Source: Vicugna vicugna
Lineage: Eukaryota
NCBI GenBank assembly: GCA_013265495.1
Contig: MU058636.1
Span: forward strand, 10,329,066-10,393,065
DNA length: 64,000 bases
Reading direction: 5' to 3'
Below are positions 26,520 to 38,632 of the stretch, piece after piece (the stretch's first letter is position 1; each line of letters opens with the position of its first letter). The translations under genes and the position numbers were made by a program. Below the pieces are notes generated by a model. The model had not been told where the DNA came from. It saw only the letters and a program-made list of their open reading frames with translations, and did no database searches.

Positions 26520-29500
26520 TACTTAGAATTCTTTTCTTTTTCTATCTGAAAAATCTCTGCAGATAAAATGGATCAAGGACAGGGAAGACAGTAACTTTTG
26601 TCTTCTTATATGGCAACCCCAATCTCTTAGCCCTAACACAAATCTCAGGAAGTATTACTTTCATTTTATAGATGAAAAAACCACTATTTAATGTTAACTT
26701 GCCCAAAGTTCTGCTAAGTTCAACAAGCTTGAGTGGATTTGATGATAATACTCCCGGGTCTAAACACTACTGCTCCAAGGAGCCCATTTACTTAGGTAAA
26801 CAGAAATTCCATTATCTTAATAAAATAAATATTAATAACCCCCATACTCAAATAGCACAGATCCTGTCCATCTCTTAGGAACTTCTTGTTCAGGAAAAAT
26901 CTAACATGCCACTACTTCACACAAGCAACATACGCAAAAGCAGCTGAAAGAAGTAATTGCTGCAGGTTGACGTAATTTTTAAAGGCTGTATGGAAAAGAC
27001 AGGGAAGATGAATGTAATTTGGAAGCAGGATCCAAAGCCAAGCAGGATCCGTCTCTGAAGCCTGGGCTATCAGTGCCACACTACTCTCTCCAAGTAGCTT
27101 TCAAAGCAAAACCTAAAGACTTTCTCTCACCAAGGGGGAATTCTGGAGACTTGCAGGCCAACTGATGATCCAGTAAGGTCCTATCCGTGCAATGGACATA
27201 CTGTCAAATGGTTAAGGACTGACCAAGACTTCCTAAAGCTTAAGACGGCAGCTTAGTTAAGAATTTCACCTCATCCTTGTCCCTTATTAAATGAGGGCTC
27301 AGTAGCCTTCTTGAAGCATAAGCTCACCCCAAGAAGAAATTCTCTTCTGTCCAAATGGATCAGTATTTGTTCTATTTGTCAACCCCAGATCATCAGCAGG
27401 CCAAGTCCATCTCCCTGTGACAGGACAGAAAACCTCAAACTTCATTTTCATTTCAAAAAACTTAATGCTTCTAATAAAAGCGTTTGTTGCTTAAAATATA
27501 AAAAGACCAAACATAAAGAAAAAATAAATCACCCAGATTTATATGATCCAATACAACATATCACTAATAGTTGGGGATATTTCTTTCCAGACATCTCACA
27601 TAACTGGAAATTGAAGAAAGATATTTCAGACAACAGGACAAGTTTATATACAACTGTATACTCTCCTTTTTCATGTTGCTAGCTATTTTCCCACACTGTG
27701 AGTTCTTCCAAAATACAAAAACAAGTCTTCCAGAGGACCCTTATCAAACTTGCTACAGAATTACTAGAAAAGTTTAGGAAGGACAGATCTAGTTAGGTGC
27801 TTTGGCTCTTTCCTTGGTTCTATTTAATTTTTCATCTAAAAATATTTTATATAATTGAGAAACACAAAAACAAAAAATGAAAGCCCCTGACTCTAAGCTG
27901 CTCTCAATTTTAAGTCAAGTGTTTTGGCTAACGCTAAATGTGTAACATGGCCTAATTACATAGCTCCCTTCTCTGAGCACCTCAACTTGCCCTACAAGTA
28001 CTTCCCAGTGGTATCATTAACCCCACTTTACAGATGAAGAAGCTAGTACAACAGTGATGTTACTTGTCTAAATATGAATTATCTGGTTACTGATCTAAAA
28101 ACAAAACCCAGGATTCCTAATATTTACTGAAAAATTACAGATCTGGGCTAGGTTCATGAGGGCATTATAAAAAGCAAATGCTAGAAGGAATTCTGATAGC
28201 TCTGAGAAGACCCCAACATGGGTTCTCAATCACCCTGGTAATCTACGGGCATCCTCCCAGGGGTGTGAGAAAAGATATCTAACCACAGATCTAAGCATGT
28301 TCTGTAGACACTGGCACTGGCTGGCCAATTATCACTGTCTAAAATTACAGGTGGGGAAATTGAGAAAGAAGGATATCAAAACACATCCCCAACAATCTGT
28401 CACTAAGACAGGACTAGCGTTCTACCACCTGGGCTCACCCAAGTGTAGCCAGGTAGGCAAAGTTTCCATGTGAAGTGACAAGAGTGAGGACTCTGCTGCC
28501 TTGAACAGAAAGAGAAAACTTGCTGGGAAGACCAAAGAGAAGGCAGTGATAAGGGTGAGCATCAAATCATTGGGGTTAGAGAAAACACTCATGATGTAAG
28601 ATCTGCACATGAGTCCCAAGGGGTGTATCAAGTCACATATACAGTATTGGCTCAGCACTTCCTAAGTGGTTTATAGGAGCTTAGAGCCCTTGGTACTGGA
28701 GACCCCAACTCCATAAAGCTTGCTTTGACTGAGTCAAATCTCTGTAATCAACAGATAAAATATCTATCTATAGAATCATTCACCCAAAACACAGGGCAGC
28801 ATTCTCACCTCATTAAAGCATTAAAAACCATACAACCCTGAGATTTTAACTGCTTCTACTAATATAGAGAATTTTCCAGTCTACGGCCTCATATTCTCTA
28901 GGCCAGAAATTAAAATTTAAAACTTCAGAACATAAAATTGGCCAACACCACCCATCTCAAAATTAATAATTTCCACATTTAACACAGATGGAGCAGGAAG
29001 TTCACAGAATTTGCCAAGCCAGACTATGGTTAGAGACAGAGTTCAAGATTCATCACTGAAAAGCACAAAGACACAATTTTAGCTCAATAATAACAGTTTA
29101 TGACAATGTACACCTAACATAACACTGATACAACTATAATTACTCATCTCGCACCTTGGTGTGGTTCTCCCTTCCCAAAATTCAAATAACAGGTTAATTA
29201 CACATCACAGAATGGGATTATTTCGTAGTGCAGATTCAGTGGAAATTTACATCTATACATTCAAACTACCTCATACCCAACAATCTGTTCCCTTCCCTTC
29301 CCTTGCCTATTTACCAGCACAAACTGAAGTTAGGGGAGGGGAAGAAAACCTTTCCAGGCAAGCAAACAAACATATACTAACAGATTTTTAGCTCAAAAGG
29401 CTAAAATACAGTGAGTTACTTCCAGTTAGCTTATTCTCCTCAGTCACTCTCCTCACAGATTTCCTCTTTGTGGGTCTTGCTTCCTGTGGGACTTGCAGCT

Positions 29501-31474
29501 TGCTCACGTGAAGCACAGTACCACCATCCTCTGAACACTGGTCAGAGACCACACAGGCCTCTATGGCCCTGTACTCTTTACCTCTCTTCTATGTCAAAGA
29601 TTGACACAGCATCCGCAAACTATCAGAGGCTTTCCAAAACCACCCCACTAGAAGCATGGTATTCCTGGACCAAGGGCACTACCAACTGGGCACTTGCCAT
29701 CCACAAACGACTAGGTTTAGGATTCTGCGTTTTGGCAACAAAAAGAACATCGTAAGTCCTCTGAAGGGTTTATTAAGGAGTTAGGACTAGTTAGCTGGGA
29801 ATTGACTTCATGTACCTAGGGGAAATAAATTCAATGTAGCTCCCAAATCCAGAAACAAAAGCAAGCCGGAGGCCGCGGAGGAGGGGAATTATACATAGAC
29901 ACATAGGCTCAATATAGAAATAAACTTTTTAGCAGAGTGGGAGGTAGTGGATTCTCAAAATCTCCAAGTAGCCAAGCAGAGGCTCCAGCATCAGGTGGCA
30001 GTTTTAAAATCTCTTCAAACTAAAACTTCAGGATTCTTCATACCTTCTCTTACACAAGGTTTAATAGACTTTAAAGCCCTCAAGCCAAAGCCCAAGAACT
30101 AAGAGACAAACGGGAACACCAACACTTCAGGATAACTCCTACACAGACAACTCGTCAGACAGTAAATCTTCTCCTGGTAAATACTTCTGAATGGGATCAG
30201 ACCTATTAACAATTTAGTGACCACTTCCAATGGCAGTCATAAATACAATCAGGTTGCTGTAATGAAGTAAAGCAAACCAGTAGCCAACAATAACCTTTAA
30301 AGAAACTTCTCACCTAGTTTACATCAGTAAGTTGGAGAAAGGTATTCAAATCAAATAAATGAAGGGGCCAAAATGAGAAGGAAAGCAAAGAGGAGACGGA
30401 AAAGGAGGGACAGGGAGTAGAAGGTGATCAAAAAGAAGTGCCCTTTTAATATGAGCATTTGGAACTGTACCCTCAAAAGCTCAGAAGGCTACAACGGGGC
30501 ATTCTTCATTCAGTGGACTATTGAGAGCAGACCAGATAAGACTCCCTTACAACCTACATTTTTAACTAATCTGCCCCGGATAGCGGCCTTAGATGGGATA
30601 TGAGAAAACTAACTTAAAAAAAAGCAAGCCTACTAATGGGTTATTAGGAGGCATGGGACACAGATTACCACTTTCCATTTAAAGCACTTAACACAAAAAT
30701 TGACTTTCGTGACTTTTTTAAGAGGAAATGTTGTAAAACCCTGGCTTCAACATTTCTCTCCAATTCATCAGATTTTAGATACTAAAATTTCATCACAATT
30801 CAAAGGGGATAATTTTTATGGTGGTTCTGATACATTCAGGAAACAATCACACATGTAAAGTTTTTGTCAGAAGCAGCAAAACACTCTCCTCCTGGAGGGA
30901 GGGGCACAAATGCATTGCTCTTTGCAGTTTTCTCTGCTGTCGCTGGCATACTTAGGACTGGTAAAGGCATCACCAAGACAAGAATTTCAGTTCTTTCTAC
31001 CATGTATACTCAAATGAAGAACAGTTCAAAGACCCTAAAACGTCAAACTAAATCAAATGTTTAAATCTGGATCAGAGAAAATAAAACTAAATATGAGTAC
31101 AGCATTATCTGAGTAGTGTGCACTAACTAAAGACTTTCATAGGTTCAGACTCCTAATAAAAAGCATGCCAACTGAGCCACACCCAGCAGAAAAAATTAAT
31201 ACCCTCTTTGTGCATTCCAATTTTACTTTCTTCCTGTCTTCCTCCACCTCTAGCTGAAAGAGCCAAAATGTGTATTCCCCACACTATCACAGGAAACAAA
31301 GCAAAGGAATTTCATTAAAATTGAAGGATGTCAAATTCCCAGGCACAGCCAAGCAGGATGTCAAAGGTCATGCCCCATATTCGGCCAAACAAAACTACTA
31401 CTAATATATTTATAGACAGAATGAGTAACTATAAATCCAAAAGCTATAACCTGATGAAAGATAGAAGGTGCATT

Positions 31475-31532
31475 AAATTCAAAAGTTTTTAATCCTACAG
31501 GGGAAATTCAAAAGTTTTTAATCCTACAGGGG
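31475..31532 (+). repeat. Perfect 29-bp tandem duplication
   Basis: AAATTCAAAAGTTTTTAATCCTACAGGGG twice, head to tail. Confidence 0.95.
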
Positions 31533-32519
31533 TATGTTGTCCTAGTGACATACAAGTTCATTTGCACAATAAATGTGGTCTAACAAGTCATTATGATCAT
31601 TATGTGGCGCCCTGTGCACGTCTGCAGGAAGGTGGCTGCTAACTTGTTTCAGGACACAGCAACAAGACAGCAGCCCAGGGGAGCAGGGACAGCTCACCAG
31701 GAGATAAGAGCTTTCATGCAAAAGGCAGGTCACGGACGGAAAGCTTCCTTAATAAAATTCAACATCATTTTTTTAAAGTGAGTCTCGGAAGCAGTCTCAG
31801 CAAACCCCCCCAGAAATGAGCTTAAATGGGGCACAGGATTAAAGGGAGGTTTGTCTCCATTTCAAATCCCAGGAGTGTATTCACAGTTGAGGACCACAAA
31901 GAATTTGGTTATGAAAGGAATCCCTCTGAAATATTTTAAGTTTTCAGGTCCTCTGACTGCATTAACTTCTTCCTTCTTATCCTCTTTAAAAAAGAGTTAT
32001 TTGAAACACAAATGGAGGTGGGGAGCATAAATGGAGGCTTAACTGGGAGGCCTTGAGTTGTCAATCGCAGTAAAATCGATTTCAGCTCAGGACTTCCAGG
32101 ACTGAATGTGTTTTCCCTTTCCTCCTCTTGGCTTTTATATATAAACACAGGCAGAAGTCATGGTAAGTCCAAGAACATATAGCTATCAACAGCTTGTCTT
32201 TGATTAAAATGTCTCCATCATTTCATCACAAAAGAAATTAAGCAGGAATTCATTCTAGGAACACATTCTGCATTTGATATAACCCCTGATCATTTATTTA
32301 CCTTATTCAATGGGAACACAATAATCAGTATTTTTAAGTTTTTTTCTTGGAAATAAAATTTGTAAGACATGCAATCAAATGGTAATAAATTCTGAGACTG
32401 TTTGACTTCAACATACACCTTCCCATTGTTCAGGGAGAAAAAACACTCAGCACAAATATAGGCTGCATCTGTATCAGTACCAATATTCTCTTCATGTTAT
32501 TCTTTTTTAGAAAAGGAAT

Positions 32520-32607
32520 CTTTTTTTTATACGGAGGTACTGGGGATTGAACCCAGGATCCACACATGTTAAGCATGTGCTCTACCACTGAGCTACACTC
32601 TCCCTCC
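32520..32607 (-). mobile_element. tRNA-Ala-derived SINE (camelid vic-1-like), short form
   Basis: Minus strand GGGAGAGTGTAGCTCAGTGGTAGAGCACATGCTTAACATG..CCTGGGTTCAATCCCCAGTACCTCC plus A tail; no clear TSD. Confidence 0.85.
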
Positions 32608-35600
32608 TCCACTTTGGTCTGTATCTCCCACACCCCCTACCTTTTAACTCAAAATAAAGCTATCACACTAAGGAATGCAATGGCACAAACTTTAATATTT
32701 AAACTATTCGCTAAATGGCTTGTAACTCAACCAGGCTGAACAGACTGCTTTAAGAGTACTTATTTCTGAGTTAAGACACCACAGTGAGAAATTCAGGCTA
32801 AAAAAGTCACAATGAAGGGTAGTCTCTAAAAGGATGGTGATGGGGGCAAGGTAGTTCTCCAAGACAAGGACCCACCTAAATAATGAAGTGTGGGCAGGGT
32901 ACTTCTTTAAGTTTTTGACAGTCATGCTTCTAAAATTTTATTTTAATAATGTGACTTCTGCATTCTTTTTTTAAAATAGATTCTTGGTATAATTAATTAT
33001 CAAAGGTGTCAAAATGGCATTTCAAGAAATATAAAGCCCTTTATGGAAACACCCCAGGAATACCGTTGGGGAAGCATCCATTACAGAACCAAAATAGAGG
33101 ATATAAATCGCATCGAAACATGCCTAATTACAGGAATTTTTAATACTAAAAAACCTCCTTAGAATTAATTTTTTAATTATCCCAAATATTTCAGAAGACA
33201 ATAAAAATAGCAACAAAAACCATTATGGTGACCTCTTCCAAAATGTAAAGCCATCAAATACTGTTTATAATCAGTGTTACATCATAATCTGAAAGTCTGC
33301 ATGTTAATGCAAATGAATATGATAAATATAAATACAGCCCTACATAAGTAATTCTACTTCATGAATTCTAAAGGGTTCAAGAAACCACTTCAGGCACACA
33401 GATAACAAAAGAGAGGAATCTTTCACATTCAATGTATGCAAATATCGTAATGGGCCACTGAAGAGAAAGCTAAATTTTAAAAGGCTGAAGGAGAAAGACC
33501 AATATAGTCACACAGAATACATAAAACTCTCTCAGTAGGATGGGCCACAGGAAGCTTTCACATTCACTGCATGTAAATTTCATGATGGCATGCATATCTA
33601 CGCATCCAGAGAAAAAAGGTTTACATTCAAGTTTAGAGGGATGCAACCAGTGAGGTACCAGTACACAAACAACCTCAGCTGATATTTACAAGCTCAGCAA
33701 GTTCCCCCTCAGCTACCTCCCCTTCTGCCCCCTTCAGAGCTGGCCCTGCAGTGCAAACAGGTGATGCAACCACAACAAGCCTGCCTTAAGGTAGCTGGGT
33801 TTCTCCAGTATTCAAATCACAGTATGGAGGGCCAAAACCTGACAAGGAGCCCTCACAGGTGTGACAAATTGATGATCTGCAAATTAAGCATCACAGAGTC
33901 AAGATGCTATATCATTTCAAATGTACCTATCTTGATGCAACCCTACACTTAGGGTTAGATGAGAATAACTGAAAAAAATTCATGTCAAAATATTAGTACA
34001 ATAAAATCCACATGTGACTGTCTCTACCTCAAAAATCTGCCAAAATAAGAGCCTCTAGCTAAACCAAATGCAAACTATTTCCTTTGACCTTGCTTCTAAG
34101 CAACCAAACTGTCTGAGGTATACATATTACTTGCCTGGACCATTCCCAAATATTTATGTGGTTATTTTGTTTTCAAGCTCTGAAGGACACACAATATTTA
34201 CAAGAGTAAGAATTATGTAGTTGAATCATAATTTAGCTCCAGATTGGACTTGAAATCCAAATGCATTTCTTTTCAGATAGTGTCAGGTAATCCCCTTTTC
34301 ACTCTTACCCTTAGCACCACTGCAAAGACACCCCCCTCCCCCGGCCCCCACCATTCTGTGTGCAGCCATTTCTCACAAGACGGGTCTTCCCTCAAACCAC
34401 ACACATGGCAGGCTTCTGAGGCATGATACTAGTAGATGAAAAGCACTAAATTTTTTTTTAACAAAAAAGGAAAACTGATGGGGGGCGGGGCACAAAGCTA
34501 AGTACCCCTAGACTTTCCTACATAATCCAACTGGCTGTCCTCTTCTTTCTTCCTGAGACCTCCCACTTGGCCTGAGTCCTAACAGGACTGACAGGGTTAA
34601 TCATGCTCTTTGAGACTTTTTCTACTGCAGGTACAAAATGTAACAGCTGAGGTCCCCTCCCCCTCCTGATGCCAGGTTCCTTTAGCTACTATCAAATTTT
34701 TAACTCTGCAAACCAATAATGGAGGCCCCAATAATAGCAGTGCAAAAGCAGCTGTGTAACAACTTCAGGATCATGGCTGTAAACACAAAAACATTTTTCA
34801 ACTCTGAAGCTTATCAAATCTCTAATATAATAAAAGGAGAGATTCACAAAACCCTGATCCATTTTCTAGGTTTCTGAGGAATGGCAATTGAAAAACATGT
34901 TAGTTTTAATCAAACAAAAGAAAACTAATGAACACAGGCCACCGGCTCTTCCCATCCTCTTTCTCTTTACAGCTTTGCTTTTAATCAGATGAGCTGGGCT
35001 GCATCTCCAGAGCTGTTAAGGTCATGGGGTTTAGTATTGGGATCAGTTCTGTAATTTAAGCCACACAAAGAATGACACTGTAATTAAGACAAATATCATC
35101 TACAGGGTAAATTAATCAAGGCAGAAAAAAAGATTTTACTTTGGAGGCAAAGGCAAAGATCCATATAGAGATTTTAGAACCAAGTCACACTCAAAAAGAT
35201 GGCAGCAGGTGTAAGGCTGGCAGGGGTGTAAGAGGAGCAGGGCTTATTGGAGATAACAGCACATCTCAATCACAGATGCCACAGTTAGACCAATGGACCA
35301 CATGCTTTAGAGCTGGCATTCTCTTCTGAAAAAAACAGTAGTGCCACCCACCATCACTAAGAATTAAAGAACTCATATGATTAGTGTCAGCAGGAATGGG
35401 CTACCTTGGAAGAAATGACCTGTCCTCCCACAGATCTACAAATTACTTCTGACTCTCCTCCCAGAGGTGGGTAAGTCCCTCATTCCTCTTCAAAATTAGA
35501 ACCAAAATAAGACACAAGGTGAAGGATGAAGATATTTTACACTTCTCTCCAGTTATGGAATTAAAAGACCAAAGTTGCAGCCTGCAACTTTGAACCTCAC

Positions 35601-36869
35601 TCAATCTACAAACATTAATAGTGAGGAAAAATTAGACCGGCCAATTCTACATAGTTTCCTAGTTGCTTCTGACTAGTTTATCACGACATCATTAGCAATC
35701 ATGTAAGTGTGATATCCTGGTGTGCTCTGAAAGTTATTTCATCCATGTGGAAGGTGACTTACTCATATAACAAAGCCTCACAGTAGTGAGCTATGCAGTC
35801 TATTTTTCCTTCATTGTCACCCTTCCCCAGCAGGATATCTTCTGAACAAAGTGCTGTCTGCTTCTATAGGTATAAATAACACTAGTAAAATAGCTTTCTA
35901 CATTTCTTCAACACCTGCTATGTCTAAAATGGCTAGTAAGTTTTAATAAACCTGTATTTCTGCCTTTTGATATGCCACAATATAGTTTTTACTATATGAA
36001 CCTTTTGGTTCACCAAAAGCTAAACAGAATTCATACCAAGTATTCTGAATATATGTAATTAAGATTGTCCACTTGGCATCAATTTTGGTTTTAGCTTATC
36101 CAAATTCAACCTCCTCTGGATCCACTGAAGCATCTCATCCCATACTTCTTCATCCCATACTTCAGCTAGTGAATAAAGATATAATTAGAAAGCTTTCAAG
36201 GATACTTAATATTTAGCTAATGTAATATGAGAACTGACATTTCAATTGTAAAACATCTTCTTAAGCCAACATAACTTTCACTCACAATTGCTCTAAGTAT
36301 ATTTTGAGACTGCTAACTTCAACTTCAAGATTTCTAATTTTAAAAAACAATAATAATTACATTCAATAGTGATCTTTCTTTCTTTGAATCACTCTGCTCC
36401 CAGGGTGCTGGGCATGAAAGTTAATTTTAAAGAACAGACCAAACAAAAGCTAAACATTTTATAAATATCTACTATTCATATTAAGTCAATTATATAATCT
36501 ATTCCATGTATTACCTAATTCTGTGTATCAGTTTTAAATCCAATGCAGCATATTGTCTTTAGATTGCATTCCATGGGTCTCTATATTTATACATGAGCAT
36601 GTTTCTAAGAAATGGCATTAAAAAAACTAAAAATGTGATCCTATTTTCACAATTTCTTATATTACAAAAACCAAGATACAATTCTCGTAGAAAAATCTGA
36701 TCTATAACAATATAATTTCCACAATTATATAAAGTTCCAGTTCCATCAACAATAGAAAATCTCCTTCCTGTACTTTTCAAACCTTCTGTTTCACACATCA
36801 TTCAAACTACGCTTCCCCTATTTTCATGCCCTGATGTCAGTCCACCATTCTAAAAACAAATTTTAAAAA

Positions 36870-37037
36870 CTAAGATGGATTGATGTATAAAAAGATGGAT
36901 ATGCCAATGGATAAATAGATGATAAAGCAAGTATAATAAAATAGTAGAAGTAGAAACTAGGTGGTAGGTATATGGGTTTCAATGTAGAATTCTTCCAACT
37001 TTACTGAATGAAATATTTTATAATGAAATCTTGGGAG
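36870..37037 (+). mobile_element. L1ME-like 3' end fragment
   Basis: GATAAAGCAAGTATAATAAAAT..CTAGGTGGTAGGTATATGGGT..AATTCTTCCAACTTT motif. Confidence 0.6.
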
Positions 37038-37328
37038 AATAACATCACATTTTCAAGGCCTACCTCAATGGCCAACATAAAACTCCATTTTTACTGAAGG
37101 CACTTAACCCTTTCTACCATGTAGCATTATTACATGTCATATGTAACCTCCCTACAGGATCCACATTTGAATCATTTTTCTACTTTCAGATGCATCTCGT
37201 ACATCTTTTACACAATAATCACTCAATAAATGGGAAGAAAATACTTTGACTACTGATTGAAAATAATCAGTTCTTTAATTATACCCCTCATAAAATTATT
37301 CTCACATATTACAGAATGTGACCATCTT

Positions 37329-37456
37329 TCTTTATTGAAATGCAACTGATGTACAATATTACATAAGTTACAGGTGTACAACATAGTGGTTCTCAATTTT
37401 TAAAGGTAACATTCCATTTATAGTTATTATCAAATATTGGCTATATTCCCTGTGTT
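37329..37456 (-). mobile_element. 5'-truncated younger L1 3' end with degenerate 16-bp TSD
   Basis: TTTATTGAAATG..TACAATATTACATAAGTTACAGGTGTACAACATAGTG..TTGGCTATATTCCCTGTG; flanked by AGAATGTGACCATCTT (37313-37328) and AGAATGTAATTATCTT (37457-37472). Confidence 0.75.
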
Positions 37457-37769
37457 AGAATGTAATTATCTTGCACAGAGGACACTGAAACATAAAAGAT
37501 CAATGTTTCAAGAAAATTTTTTTTCCATGTATCTACAATATAACTGAGACGTAAAAAACATGCAGGCATTAATGTTAAATTAAAATACGCAGCAGCATGA
37601 ATTAAGAGATTGCCAGGCATTCACTCACAGAATCAAAAATGCCTTGGGGCACAGAAGTTGGTGGAACTGACTTGTGCCTTGCAGACTAAGCAAAATTTGT
37701 GGAATCTCCAGTAGAGGCACAAGACGCTCCAAGTCCTGGGGATAGGATGGATTGGCCTGAAGTAAGAGC

Positions 37770-38270
37770 TAACTGAGGAGACTGGTAGGAAGTGAAAAGT
37801 CTCAGGAGACTCTGAGAAAGAAAAGCTAACAGACATGGGGACGCTAACACCATGAGAAGAGAGTGCTGAAGAGGACATCCAAGTGTAAAAATGAGGGAAA
37901 GGCGAACGACCATTAACCAAATCAGGGAACTCAAGATGGAAACTCTCACCTGAGATTAAGAGGAAATGGAGTATGCTTGGGTTTAGACATGTTGAATTTG
38001 AGGTGAAAGTGGGACGTTTACAGCCTTCAGGTAATGGTGACTTGGACAGTAAAGAAATAAGTTATCTAGGAAAGAATCAGAGAGGAAGTCTACATCTCAT
38101 CCTAACGTACACTTACAACTGAACACAGAAGTAAAAATGATGAGTGAACCAACTGGAGGAGAAGCCACAATGGGGGAAGGATCAGGATAGTACAATGTAA
38201 CTGAGCCCAAGGTAAGTAAGGATTTCCACAGAGAAATCAAGGGAAAACTGAGAAAAGGGAAGAACTCAGA
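37770..38270 (-). mobile_element. LINE-2 fragment
   Basis: GGGTTTAGACATGTTGAATTTGAGGTG motif in purine-rich context; boundaries approximate. Confidence 0.55.
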
Positions 38271-38503
38271 CCATAAAGAGCGAAGCTTCAGCAATTAGCA
38301 GAAACAGAACTGGGGGCTACGGGAGCTCATCACACAGCTTTGTCACTTTTTTTTTCCCCCTGTAATGAATATGGCCTCAAATAAAGGATACAAGTTGACT
38401 TTATGTCCTTATTTAAATAACCATTAAGGTGGAAATTTACTGAAAACAGTTGCAGACAGTTTTCCAATTTTATTCGGCTTAACATCAAAACTAGTTTGCT
38501 TTT

Positions 38504-38632
38504 AGGGGGAGGGTATAGCTCAGTGGTACAGCGCATGCTTAGCATGCACGAGGTCCTGCGTTCAATCCCCAGAACCTCCTCTAAAAATAAACAAATAAAT
38601 AAGCCTAATTACCCTACCCTTACCCCTACCCC
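38504..38632 (+). mobile_element. tRNA-Ala(AGC)-derived SINE (camelid vic-1-like), long form with 11-bp TSD
   Basis: GGGGGAGGGTATAGCTCAGTGGTACAGCGCATGCTTAGCATGCACGAGGTCCTGCGTTCAATCCCCAGAACCTCC, then AAATAAA-rich/CCTAATTACC tail; TSD AGTTTGCTTTT at 38493-38503 and 38633-38643. Confidence 0.9.

Noticed and set aside
36135..36163. 14-bp direct repeat TCATCCCATACTTC; similarly a 15-bp repeat at 53402-53438
   Set aside because: Only two copies with no spacer array; ordinary micro-duplications, not CRISPR-like.
38505..38579. tRNA-Ala(AGC) gene
   Set aside because: Mismatches in the stems, an A-rich SINE tail, flanking TSD and two related diverged copies in the window indicate a SINE.
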